Source: Fimbriimonadia bacterium
GTDB lineage: Bacteria; Armatimonadota; Fimbriimonadia; Fimbriimonadales; JABRVX01
Assembly (NCBI GenBank): GCA_041483895.1
Contig: JBGPGO010000001.1
Coordinates: forward strand, 1 to 64,000
Direction of reading: 5' to 3'
Length of the DNA: 64,000 nt
The notes beneath the pieces were generated by a model. It was not told where the DNA came from. It searched no databases and was given only the letters and a program-made list of their open reading frames with translations. The translations under genes and the position numbers were made by a program. Shown piece after piece: positions 1-8,114 of this stretch; the first letter of the stretch is position 1, and every line of letters starts with the position of its first letter.

Positions 1-62
1 TGCCGCATCAACCTAACCAATTCTTCTCGTTGCAGTTCCACCGTCGATTTCCTCCATGGCAT
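1..62 (-). CDS. IS481-family transposase, N-terminal fragment (partial)
   Basis: ATG at 62 reads MPWRKSTVELQREELVRLMR, matching the MPW...R.E.V N-terminus typical of IS481-like transposases. Confidence 0.75.
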   Translation of the reverse strand, partial: MPWRKSTVELQREELVRLMR

Positions 63-121
63 ACCTCCATTGTGTCAACGATGTCTCCGAACATGTGTCA
101 ACGATCTATCCAGTCTGAACA
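1..121 (-). mobile_element. Left end of an IS481-family insertion sequence; element continues beyond the window
   Basis: Minus strand begins TGTTCAGACTGG at 121. TGTGTCAACGAT is repeated at 71-82 and 94-105 (subterminal repeats), followed by GGAGG and an ORF start. Confidence 0.8.
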
Positions 122-184
122 GCAAGCGGGGGAGGGGATTTGGGGAGGTCCGCCAGCGGGCGATGGGATTTGGGGTTGGACGAT

Positions 185-1081
185 ATGAACTTTCCCACAA
201 CCGTCAAGATCGTCGAGGTCGGGCCGAGGGATGGGCTGCAGAATGAGTCAATGGTCGTCTCGACGGAGGATAAAGTTCGGTTCATCAATATGCTCACGGC
301 GACGGGGTTATCGGTGGTGGAGGTGACGTCGTTTGTCAGCCCCAAGTGGGTGCCGCAGCTCGCGGATGCGGCTGAGGTTTTCCGGCAGATCGACCTGCGG
401 GAGGGTGTCCGATATCCTGTCCTAACCCCCAACTCTAGGGGATTGGAGCGGGCCTTGGAGTCTGGCGCGAAAGAAGTGGCGTTCTTCACCGCGGCCAGCG
501 AGACGTTCAACAAAAAGAACCTGAACATGAGCGTCCGGGAATCGCTTGCCGAGATAAGGGAAATGGCGGCGACCGGCAAGTCAAAGGGATTGTGGATGCG
601 CGGATACGTATCGACGGCGTTCTACTGCCCCTACCAAGGCCGAGTAGCTCCGGACAAGATCAGGCCGATTGTGGAAGAACTGCTTGACTTCGGCATCGAC
701 GAAATCTCGATCGGCGACACGATCGGCTGGGCAACCCCAGGGGAGGTCACCGAGTTGACGGAGGCGTTGCGAGACACGCTACCATTGGAAAAATGGGCCT
801 ACCATTTCCACGACACGAGGGGGACAGCGCTCGCCAACGTCCTGATGGCGATGTCGCATGGAATCCACATCTTTGACTCTTCTGCCGGTGGTCTTGGCGG
901 TTGCCCGTTTGCCCCCGGCGCGGCGGGGAACCTGGCGACCGAGGACTTTGTGTACATGCTGAACGGTATGGGGATTGCAACGGGCGTAGACATGGATAAG
1001 CTGGTCGATGCCTCACGATTCATCGGCTCGAAGCTAGGGCGAGCTCTGCTTGGCAAGTACCTGGGGTCGCATCGCCAGTAA
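185..1081 (+). CDS. hmgL: Hydroxymethylglutaryl-CoA lyase
   Basis: VEVGPRDGLQNE, HFHDTRG and [19 protein letters not shown] motifs. Start set at ATG 185. Confidence 0.93.
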   Translation: MNFPTTVKIVEVGPRDGLQNESMVVSTEDKVRFINMLTATGLSVVEVTSFVSPKWVPQLADAAEVFRQIDLREGVRYPVLTPNSRGLERALESGAKEVAFFTAASETFNKKNLNMSVRESLAEIREMAATGKSKGLWMRGYVSTAFYCPYQGRVAPDKIRPIVEELLDFGIDEISIGDTIGWATPGEVTELTEALRDTLPLEKWAYHFHDTRGTALANVLMAMSHGIHIFDSSAGGLGGCPFAPGAAGNLATEDFVYMLNGMGIATGVDMDKLVDASRFIGSKLGRALLGKYLGSHRQ

Positions 1082-1203
1082 CGCCGGCAAAAGTCAAAAA
1101 GGCATTGGCGAATTCCCGATTCCGTGTTATTATATAGTCGTTTTCTGCATTTGTACCTGCTCTTCCCCTGATCTGTATGGAGACAGTGAAGGAGAGCGTG
1201 GAA

Positions 1204-2115
1204 ATGGGACAGACATGTGTTCGCCGCGGTGCAGCGACCGCCGCAATGCTATTAGGAACGATCGCTGCCGGACTATCGGCCCCAAACCCTTTGGAGTCGG
1301 GTTGGTCGGTCAGAAAGGTGGCCGACGGCTTCAGCCAGAACTTCAACGGTCTCGCGTATGATCCGGTGTCGACGGATCTGTTCGTGACGGATTATAGTGC
1401 TTCTACGATCTACCGGGTCACCCAAGCAGGCGTCAAGACCGCCATCTATAGCGCGACCGACATTGCGTATGACGAGATGGCCTTTAATCCGGTGACACGA
1501 AGGATCTATTTTGGCGGTGTCGCGCAGACCAATCTGCGTGTCATTGATGAGTTCGGTAACTTTATAAAGGACGTGACATCACCGAATAAGTACACCGGAC
1601 TCGCCTTCGCACCGGACGGGTACTTATACGTGAACTCTGCGTTTACGAACGAGATATCCAGATTCGATGACACATTTGACACATTCACGGTCGTTCACAC
1701 TGGGGTAGGAACCAGCACTCTCGAGGGACTGGGTTTCGACGCCCTGGGCAACGCTTACGTCGCCGAATACGATAGCGGCGAGGCGCTCAAGGTGGATCCG
1801 GGAGGAACGGTCACGAACCTTGGTGCCGTCTTCAACATAATTGGTTCGACGTTCGGAGACGGCAGTATGTTCGCGACGGACTATGGCGGCGGCAACATAT
1901 GGCGCATCGATCCTAGCGGCGGAGGAATCACGAAATTCGCCGATGGTCACATTTCGTCTTCTGGCCTGAACTTTGCGAGCAATGGAAGGCTATATGTGAA
2001 CGCGGACGGTCTTGGCGCCCTCTACGAGTACAGCTATGTACCCGAACCGTCCACGATCTTAGGTCTCGGTGCGGGTTTGAGCCTCTTAGCCGGAGCTCGA
2101 CGGCGGCGGCGATAG
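1204..2115 (+). CDS. PEP-CTERM surface protein with beta-propeller (NHL/SMP-30-like) repeats
   Basis: N-terminal hydrophobic segment, GLAF.PDG.LYV-type repeats, C-terminal [31 protein letters not shown] precedes ATG 1204; alternative start 1177. Confidence 0.88.
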   Translation: MGQTCVRRGAATAAMLLGTIAAGLSAPNPLESGWSVRKVADGFSQNFNGLAYDPVSTDLFVTDYSASTIYRVTQAGVKTAIYSATDIAYDEMAFNPVTRRIYFGGVAQTNLRVIDEFGNFIKDVTSPNKYTGLAFAPDGYLYVNSAFTNEISRFDDTFDTFTVVHTGVGTSTLEGLGFDALGNAYVAEYDSGEALKVDPGGTVTNLGAVFNIIGSTFGDGSMFATDYGGGNIWRIDPSGGGITKFADGHISSSGLNFASNGRLYVNADGLGALYEYSYVPEPSTILGLGAGLSLLAGARRRRR

Positions 2116-2170
2116 CGCCCAGCTGCAGTCCCATGGTGCGGGAAAACATGGAGAGCATCACCGGGAAAAC

Positions 2171-2293
2171 CTGGCGGTGACCAACGGCCTCAATATCTCT
2201 TCGGCCGGTGGGCTGCGGGGATGTCCGTTGGCGCCTGGTGCAGCCGGTAACCTGGCGACTGAGGACCTGGTGTATATGCTGCATCGTAACGGC
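2171..2293 (+). pseudogene. Orphan diverged copy of the HMG-CoA lyase C-terminal region
   Basis: 2198-2281 encodes [28 protein letters not shown] versus [28 protein letters not shown] at 878-961. Confidence 0.85.
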
Positions 2294-2336
2294 AGTGAAC
2301 TTCCGAGCAGAGAGATCGTCGAAAACCATTGCGCGA

Positions 2337-2942
2337 ATGAATAAGCTGTATCTGCTGGCAATCGCGTTACTCATTGGAAGTCTCGGCGTGGTCGGCCAAC
2401 GGGAAAGGCCTTCCCCCGGCGGACTCACGGTCGGGGCCGCCGCGCCGGACTTCAACCTCTCTTCGCCAGATGGCAAGACAAAGTTCAAGCTTTCCTCCAA
2501 CTTTGGCAAGCGGCCGACCGCGCTCATATTCGGGTCCTACACCTGACCTCCGTTCCGCCGCCAGGTTGGCGAGCTGGAGCGACTGGCGAACAAATATAAG
2601 GGCAAAGTTGATTTCTGGATCGTCTACATCCAGGAGGCGCATCCGTCGGACGGATGGCAGGTGCCGCAGAACGAAATGCAGGGCATCGTCTATAAGAACC
2701 CCACCACGTCAAATGAGCGCGGCAAGGTCGCGAAGGCCTGCGCGCTTGGGCTGGACATCAAGATCCCGATTGTGCTGGACAACATGGAAAACACCACGGA
2801 AAAGGCTCACTCCGGCTGGCCCGATCGCCTCTATCTTGTCAATACGGAAGGCAAGTTGGTTTTCATCGGCAGTCCCGGTCCGGCGGGATTTATGCCCGCC
2901 GAACTTGATTCCGCGCTCCAGCGGCTGCTGACCGGCAAATAG
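2337..2942 (+). CDS. Iodothyronine deiodinase-like thioredoxin-fold selenoprotein (Sec at TGA 2544-2546)
   Basis: Track ORFs 2208-2546 and 2661-2942 are in the same frame. Read-through gives FGSYT-U-PPF...[12 protein letters not shown]...GWPDRLYLV, the deiodinase signature. Signal peptide at the N-terminus. Confidence 0.88.
2547..2580 (+). promoter_or_regulatory. Putative bacterial SECIS hairpin
   Basis: CGCCA-GGT-TGGCG stem-loop (2559-2571) with a G-containing loop ~18 nt after the UGA. Outer CTCC/GGAG pairing is possible. Confidence 0.65.
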
Positions 2943-2975
2943 GGCTCGCATCCCCAATGGTAGACTCCGCGAGCC

Positions 2976-3449
2976 ATGGCCAAGAAGACCAAGCAGCAGG
3001 AGGCGCCCAAGGGTCCCGCGACAATCCTCAACCGCAAAGCGCGGTACGACTATGAGATTGTCGAGACCCACGAGGCGGGGATCGCGCTCCAGGGACCGGA
3101 GGTGAAGTCCGTGTTCCTCGGCAACGTGCAGCTTCTGGACGGGTTTTGCATTATCACCAACGGAGAATTGTGGCTGCACGGGGTGTATATACAGCCGTAT
3201 GAGCGGTTGGGCTACGCCAAGGTTGAGGTCCGGCGGCCGATCAAGCTTCTGATGCACAGGGCGGAGATCAAGCGGCTGGACGCCAAGGCGAAGGAGAAGG
3301 GGTTCACGATTATTCCCCTGAAGATGTACTTCACCCGCGGGAGGGCGAAGGTGGAGATTGGGTTGGGGCGGGGGAAGCGGCAGTATGACAAGCGCGACGC
3401 GATAGCGGCGAAGGACGAGCGGCGGCGGTCGCAGCGGGGGCAGGACTGA
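2976..3449 (+). CDS. smpB: SsrA-binding protein
   Basis: NRKARYDYEI, EAGIALQGPEVKS, KLLMHRAEI and GRGKRQYDKRDAI motifs. Confidence 0.97.
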   Translation: MAKKTKQQEAPKGPATILNRKARYDYEIVETHEAGIALQGPEVKSVFLGNVQLLDGFCIITNGELWLHGVYIQPYERLGYAKVEVRRPIKLLMHRAEIKRLDAKAKEKGFTIIPLKMYFTRGRAKVEIGLGRGKRQYDKRDAIAAKDERRRSQRGQD

Positions 3450-3457
3450 GTCCGGGG

Positions 3458-3486
3458 ATAGGACGTATAGGACTCATAGGACCTAT
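3458..3486. repeat. Three tandem 9-nt units ATAGGACnn
   Basis: ataggacgt-ataggactc-ataggacct-at just after the smpB stop. Confidence 0.75.
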
Positions 3487-3542
3487 ACTTGCGACCTTGC
3501 GCTGTCCTTGCCTTGGCTGGTAAACTGCGCAAATACGGGCCG

Positions 3543-3612
3543 GCGATGACCCGCGGGAAAGAGCGATGACGCCCTGGCAATGGTAGCTGGCCAGTGGGCG
3601 TCTTTCCTTTTT
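3543..3612 (+). promoter_or_regulatory. Putative attenuator in the glnA leader (or the smpB terminator)
   Basis: GACGCCC...GGGCGTC stem (3568-3602) followed by TTTCCTTTTT. GCGATGAC occurs at 3543 and 3563. Confidence 0.5.
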
Positions 3613-3653
3613 AGTCCCCGTGTTCCGATGGCCCAAACCGCTAGGAGGACCCA

Positions 3654-5069
3654 ATGAGCCCGCGAGAGCTTGTGCAGTATGCCCGCGAGAACGACATCAA
3701 CATCATTGATTACCGATATGTAGACCCCCTGGGCGCATGGCAGCACTATTCGACCCCCATCCATGTCTTTGGCGAAGATATCTTTACGGACGGCGTCGGT
3801 TTCGACGGCTCCTCGATCCGATGCTTCCAGCCGATCGAGGCGTCCGACATGCTCCTCATCCCGGACTCCACCAAGACGTTTATCGACCCGTTCTCGAAAA
3901 TCAAGACCCTGTGCATCATCTGCGACATCATTGACCCGGTGACGAAAGTGCCGTACAGCCGGGACCCGCGTCTTGTCGCCAGGCGGGCCGTTGATTTTAT
4001 GAAAGGATCTGGCGTCGCGGACACCGTGTACTTTGGGCCGGAGCCGGAGTTTCATGTGTTTGATGAAGTGTTCTACAGCCAGGACAACCATTCTTCGCAG
4101 CATTTTGTGGACTGCGCCGAGGCGGTGTGGAACAGCGGGCGCACGGACAAGCCGGGTCCGGGACACAAGATGCCGATCAAGGGTGGATACGCGCCGGTGG
4201 CCCCTGCCGATACGCTGCAGGATTTCCGCGGCGAGGTGATGGCGATCCTCGCGGACTGCGGCGTTATCACCGAATCGCACCATCATGAGGTGGGCGCGGC
4301 GGGACAGTGCGAAATTGGGCTGCGATTCAATCCGCTTTTGGAGATGGCGGACAACGTGATGATCTATAAGTATGTTGTGCGGAATGTGGCGTACCAGAAC
4401 GGACTGACAGCCACCTTTATGCCCAAGCCGATCTATGGGGACAACGGCAGCGGCATGCACTGCCACCAGAGCCTTTGGAAGAACGACCAGAACCTGTTCT
4501 TTGACGAAAAGGGCTATGCGGGGCTGTCGCAGTTGGCGCTCAACTACATGGCGGGGTTGCTCGAGCATGCGCCGGCACTGTTGGCTTTCTGCGCGCCGAC
4601 GACGAACTCGTATCGGCGATTGGTGCCGGGGTATGAGGCGCCGATCAACCTGGTGTATAGCCAGCGGAACCGGTCGGCCTGCATTCGCATCCCGACGTTT
4701 AGCCAGGCGCCGAAGGCGAAGCGGATCGAGTTCCGCGCGCCGGACGCGTCGTGCAATCCGTATCTTGCCTTTTCCGCGCAACTGATGGCGGGGCTGGATG
4801 GGATTCGACGCGGGCTGACGCCGCCGGATCCGGTCGATAAAGACGTGTACCATCTTCCGCCGGACGAGGCCGCCAAGATTCGCAAGACGCCGGGGTCGCT
4901 GGAAGAGACGCTTCTGGCGCTTGAGAAGGACAACGAGTTTCTGATCTCGGGCGGGGTGTTTACTCCGGACCTGCTTTCGGAGTACATCGCGTTCAAGCGC
5001 CAGAACGAGATATTGGAGCTTTCGCTGCGTCCGCATCCTTACGAGTTCCAGATGTATTACAGCAGCTAG
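3654..5069 (+). CDS. glnA: Glutamine synthetase type I
   Basis: FDGSSI, HHHEVG, TFMPKP..GDNGSGMHCHQS, YSQRNRSA and IEFR motifs. AGGAGG RBS. Confidence 0.97.
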   Translation: MSPRELVQYARENDINIIDYRYVDPLGAWQHYSTPIHVFGEDIFTDGVGFDGSSIRCFQPIEASDMLLIPDSTKTFIDPFSKIKTLCIICDIIDPVTKVPYSRDPRLVARRAVDFMKGSGVADTVYFGPEPEFHVFDEVFYSQDNHSSQHFVDCAEAVWNSGRTDKPGPGHKMPIKGGYAPVAPADTLQDFRGEVMAILADCGVITESHHHEVGAAGQCEIGLRFNPLLEMADNVMIYKYVVRNVAYQNGLTATFMPKPIYGDNGSGMHCHQSLWKNDQNLFFDEKGYAGLSQLALNYMAGLLEHAPALLAFCAPTTNSYRRLVPGYEAPINLVYSQRNRSACIRIPTFSQAPKAKRIEFRAPDASCNPYLAFSAQLMAGLDGIRRGLTPPDPVDKDVYHLPPDEAAKIRKTPGSLEETLLALEKDNEFLISGGVFTPDLLSEYIAFKRQNEILELSLRPHPYEFQMYYSS

Positions 5070-5077
5070 CGTTTCTC

Positions 5078-5136
5078 GTGTTGGGGTCTTTGGCGGTCGG
5101 CTCTTGTTCGGTTGCGGCTGGCGAGGACCCCAACAC
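5078..5136 (+). repeat. 59-bp inverted-repeat element, copy A
   Basis: GTGTTGGGGT-N39-ACCCCAACAC. Confidence 0.85.
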
Positions 5137-5158
5137 AACGGTGGTACTCTCCCCCGCT

Positions 5159-5217
5159 ATATTGGGGTTCTCGACTGGCAAATCGTTGTGATTTCCGACC
5201 ACTGAAGACCCCAATAC
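5159..5217 (-). repeat. 59-bp inverted-repeat element, copy B (opposite orientation)
   Basis: Minus strand GTATTGGGGT-N39-ACCCCAATAT; the inverted repeat extends to about 5153-5223. Confidence 0.8.
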
Positions 5218-5234
5218 AGCGGGTGCACGGATAT

Positions 5235-5264
5235 CCCCTGACAGTCGGACTGCCAGGGGTTTTT
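5235..5264 (+). terminator. Rho-independent terminator downstream of glnA
   Basis: CCCCTGACAGT-CGG-ACTGCCAGGGG followed by TTTTT. Confidence 0.7.
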
Positions 5265-5292
5265 CGGAATGATAGATTTTAATGCGGACGAA

Positions 5293-5379
5293 CCCCCACC
5301 CTAACCCTCCCCCTTTTTCGGCTTTGGGTCATCTTCTGGCCGTGGGTAGTTGAAACAGGCCGAAAAAGGGGGAGGGGAT
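5293..5379. repeat. REP-like palindrome (CCCCCACCCTAACCCTCCCCC...GGGGGAGGGGA type)
   Basis: Perfect 18-bp inverted repeat at 5305-5322 / 5359-5376. The right arm GGGGGAGGGGAT also occurs at 128-139. Confidence 0.75.
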
Positions 5380-5405
5380 CCGGAAATTCAATGATTTTTG
5401 AGATT

Positions 5406-5433
5406 GGTGGTCCCGATTTTCATCGGGGCCACC
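5406..5433. repeat. Short palindrome
   Basis: GGTGGTCCCGAT-TTTC-ATCGGGGCCACC. Confidence 0.65.
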
Positions 5434-5818
5434 GCTTCCCTGTTCCCGTGGGCGCCGGCGTGATGCTTATTAGGCGATCCGCTGCCACCTCGGATGGTTC
5501 GTCATGCATGACGAGCTTGTGTTCTGCCTGCGCGCATTGAGGTGAATTGTACCAGATGATATAGACGTGTGTCTACTCTTTGGGACTTTTGGTCCGGCGT
5601 TGCGGGCATCAGACTGCCGATAAGCAGTTGCAACGGGCTACCAGTCGGAGACCGGAAAACACTTTGCACTGGGCGCGATACCCCGGTTCGTCGGGGCGCA
5701 TTGACCATACTGCCTCGAAAAACAAGAAATGCTAGACTATGCGGTCATGTGGATGTCATTATGGCGGACGAGGCGGTCACGGCGACATACAATGATTATT
5801 CGTACGAGGTAGTGAGAG

Positions 5819-6193
5819 ATGATGGATGGAGTTGAAATCAGGCACTTTGATGGCTACTGTCGAGGCAAGGACCCGGAGCTGGTCGGTCGACTCCGAGAGA
5901 TTGTTGATCCGGAGAGCCTGACCGTAGGCGGGAAACTGTTTGATGACAAGGATGAGTTGCAGACAGGCAGTCAACAGTCTGGGTTGCGAGGGTGGGAGCT
6001 TTGCGCCGAAGATGGGAATGCCGACCGAAATTGTTTCTATGTTAGGCCTGTCGTTGGCGCAAATTTTGCTACCAGCGGGCTAGATATCAGCCGAGCAGTT
6101 TCTGAAACTCATGGCAAATTGCAAAGAGCGTTCAAAGGTAAGGGCTTTCAAGTATCAGCGCACGATCTGAACACAATCAAAGTGTGTTTGTAG
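5819..6193 (+). CDS. Hypothetical protein
   Basis: 124-aa ORF in the AT-richer island with no recognised motif. Start uncertain. Confidence 0.45.
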   Translation: MMDGVEIRHFDGYCRGKDPELVGRLREIVDPESLTVGGKLFDDKDELQTGSQQSGLRGWELCAEDGNADRNCFYVRPVVGANFATSGLDISRAVSETHGKLQRAFKGKGFQVSAHDLNTIKVCL

Positions 6194-6469
6194 TATGATA
6201 TGCCCAGTGGTCGGAGCGGAGATTCGGTCGTCTGCGGCAGGATGCCAGCAGCGCCAAGGTGAGGGGAGGGGACACCTCAGTTCATTGTGGGTTCCGGACG
6301 TCGGTCGGTCGATATGCACCTGCGATGAGCTACCGGTCCGAGACCGGGGGACATTTCGCGCAGGGCGACACCCTGGCGCATCGTGATAGAATTTCAAACC
6401 AATCCTGGTAACCGAGTAAACTTGACAGCAGGAGGGGATGCGTATCCATTCTGAAAGGAACAAAACTCG

Positions 6470-6994
6470 ATGTCGGACTTTGTATTCAGGGATTTGAATA
6501 ATGAAATTCGTGTTCTCATGGTTGCTGAGATCGAAATGGATATTCGTGACGATGTCTTAGTGCCGAGTAAATTGTTCAACGATCATGGCCATTCGAAATA
6601 TCCGCATCTCATTTTGCGAGCGGCGCAAGCCTTTGATGAACGGTGGTTAGCCGGGAACTTAGTCGGTGCATTTCATGAATGCCATCCGGGGACAGGTAGG
6701 CGTGTTCGGTCTGACCAGCATGTGTTTTTTTCGCAATGCGAATTCAATCGATTTTACGTCCGGGCTGTTTGCCAATTCGCGATAGAGCGTCCAGAATTCC
6801 GCGCCCGGGTTTATCGGGCGAGGGCATCGGAAAATCCGCGACCGGAATCTGAAGCATTGATCGGCACTTTTGTTGTTCCAGAAGACGTGCTAAGGGATCT
6901 TCGGACGAGACTTGGGACTACTCCGCAGTTTGGCGTAGCGCAGGTAAGCAGCGGTCTTAGCCTCGAATTGGTGGAAGATGGCGATTCCTTCTAG
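6470..6994 (+). CDS. Hypothetical protein overlapping the Shedu gene
   Basis: AAGGA RBS. EFNRFYVRAVC...VYRA...NPRPESEALIG...SGLS looks like a conserved family. 17-bp overlap with the next ORF. Confidence 0.75.
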   Translation: MSDFVFRDLNNEIRVLMVAEIEMDIRDDVLVPSKLFNDHGHSKYPHLILRAAQAFDERWLAGNLVGAFHECHPGTGRRVRSDQHVFFSQCEFNRFYVRAVCQFAIERPEFRARVYRARASENPRPESEALIGTFVVPEDVLRDLRTRLGTTPQFGVAQVSSGLSLELVEDGDSF

Positions 6995-8072
6995 TAATTC
7001 CCAGATAACTTGGCCGCATCGACTGACCACCGACCGTAGGATGCTAGGGGCAAGCTGCGATGTCTGGTACGACTTCGATTGGTTGGCCGTTATTGGCCAC
7101 AACCAGCCGAAATTCGCAGGATGCACCGACTTGACTGACGCCATTTCTCGCTTTGCCCAACAGAGGCGCAAAGAACCGATATTACTGCTAACCGACAAGT
7201 CCGAAGTTGCCTTTTCGGAGATCGTCACACGCGACAAGTATATTGCCGTCGTGCGAGCCGAGGATTTCCTGCGGCACGCCACTGAAAGTGATCGCTCCGC
7301 GTTGTTTTTCCTCAACATAATTAGCGCATCTGGGGCGATTTCCAGTACGGGAAGTTCTCCACTTGCCTTAGATAGAATCGTAGCGAGAGTCGACGATGAT
7401 CAGACAAGGATTTCATTAAAGACGTTAGTGTCCGGCATTTGGCATAAGCTATCCGCCGTCTCGGACCGAAAGGCACTCCACGATCTTATCCGGACGGAAA
7501 AATTCTTGCCAGACGATGTGATGGACGTCGCCGTCTTGCGGAGCCGCCAGGATTCAATCGTAGAATTGCGGAAGATGGTACACCGAAACGCTGTGGAGCA
7601 GCAATTTCAACAGTGGTTCTTAGGGAATCCATGGGTCTTCGGAACGGACTGCGTCCGAATACTGGACGACCGCCGAATCGACGTTGAAAACGTGGCGGAT
7701 TGCCTCACGGCAAGCTTTGACGGCCACCTCGACATCATTGAGCTAAAGAGACCGGGCTCCAAATTCTGGAGCAAGAATCGGGACCATGACAATCTCGTTC
7801 CACATGCAGATCTCGTGAAAGCTATCACGCAGGCGGTGAACTATCAGTATCAGCTGGAATTGCAAATGGACAACGTATCAACCGTGGAACGACTCGGGGG
7901 GCATCCAATTGCAAAGCCCCGGTCCTGGCTTGTCCACGGAAGAAGCAATGGCTGGGATCCATCTGAATTCCGCGCTCAGCGCCTTCTAAACGGCAGCTAC
8001 GCCAGTATCCAGGTATTGACCTACGACCAGGTCATAGCACGTGCTGCAAGATTTGTCTCGGATCATTCTTAG
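6978..8072 (+). CDS. sduA: Shedu anti-phage nuclease (DUF4263 domain)
   Basis: EQQFQQWFLGNPWVFG, ADCL, IIELKRP, AITQAVNY, LVHGRS and VLTYDQVI match the DUF4263 PD-(D/E)xK pattern. Confidence 0.87.
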   Translation: MAIPSSNSQITWPHRLTTDRRMLGASCDVWYDFDWLAVIGHNQPKFAGCTDLTDAISRFAQQRRKEPILLLTDKSEVAFSEIVTRDKYIAVVRAEDFLRHATESDRSALFFLNIISASGAISSTGSSPLALDRIVARVDDDQTRISLKTLVSGIWHKLSAVSDRKALHDLIRTEKFLPDDVMDVAVLRSRQDSIVELRKMVHRNAVEQQFQQWFLGNPWVFGTDCVRILDDRRIDVENVADCLTASFDGHLDIIELKRPGSKFWSKNRDHDNLVPHADLVKAITQAVNYQYQLELQMDNVSTVERLGGHPIAKPRSWLVHGRSNGWDPSEFRAQRLLNGSYASIQVLTYDQVIARAARFVSDHS

Positions 8073-8114
8073 AGCCTTCATTCATAAACAATCGCATCTT
8101 TGACTGATTTTGTG

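Noticed and set aside
3450..3650. tmRNA next to smpB
   Set aside because: Too short, with no tRNA-like ends or tag reading frame.
3483..5138. Long antisense ORFs (551 aa here; also 18271-20301, 30987-32162, 49231-50271, 59829-60833, 62638-63324)
   Set aside because: Shadow frames of GC-rich genes, with no motifs.
5078..5223. CRISPR array
   Set aside because: The repeats are inverted and dispersed rather than tandem direct repeats, and no cas genes are in the window.
5761..5835. Possible frameshifted N-terminus (MADEAVTATY...) of the 124-aa ORF
   Set aside because: Cannot be supported without homologs.
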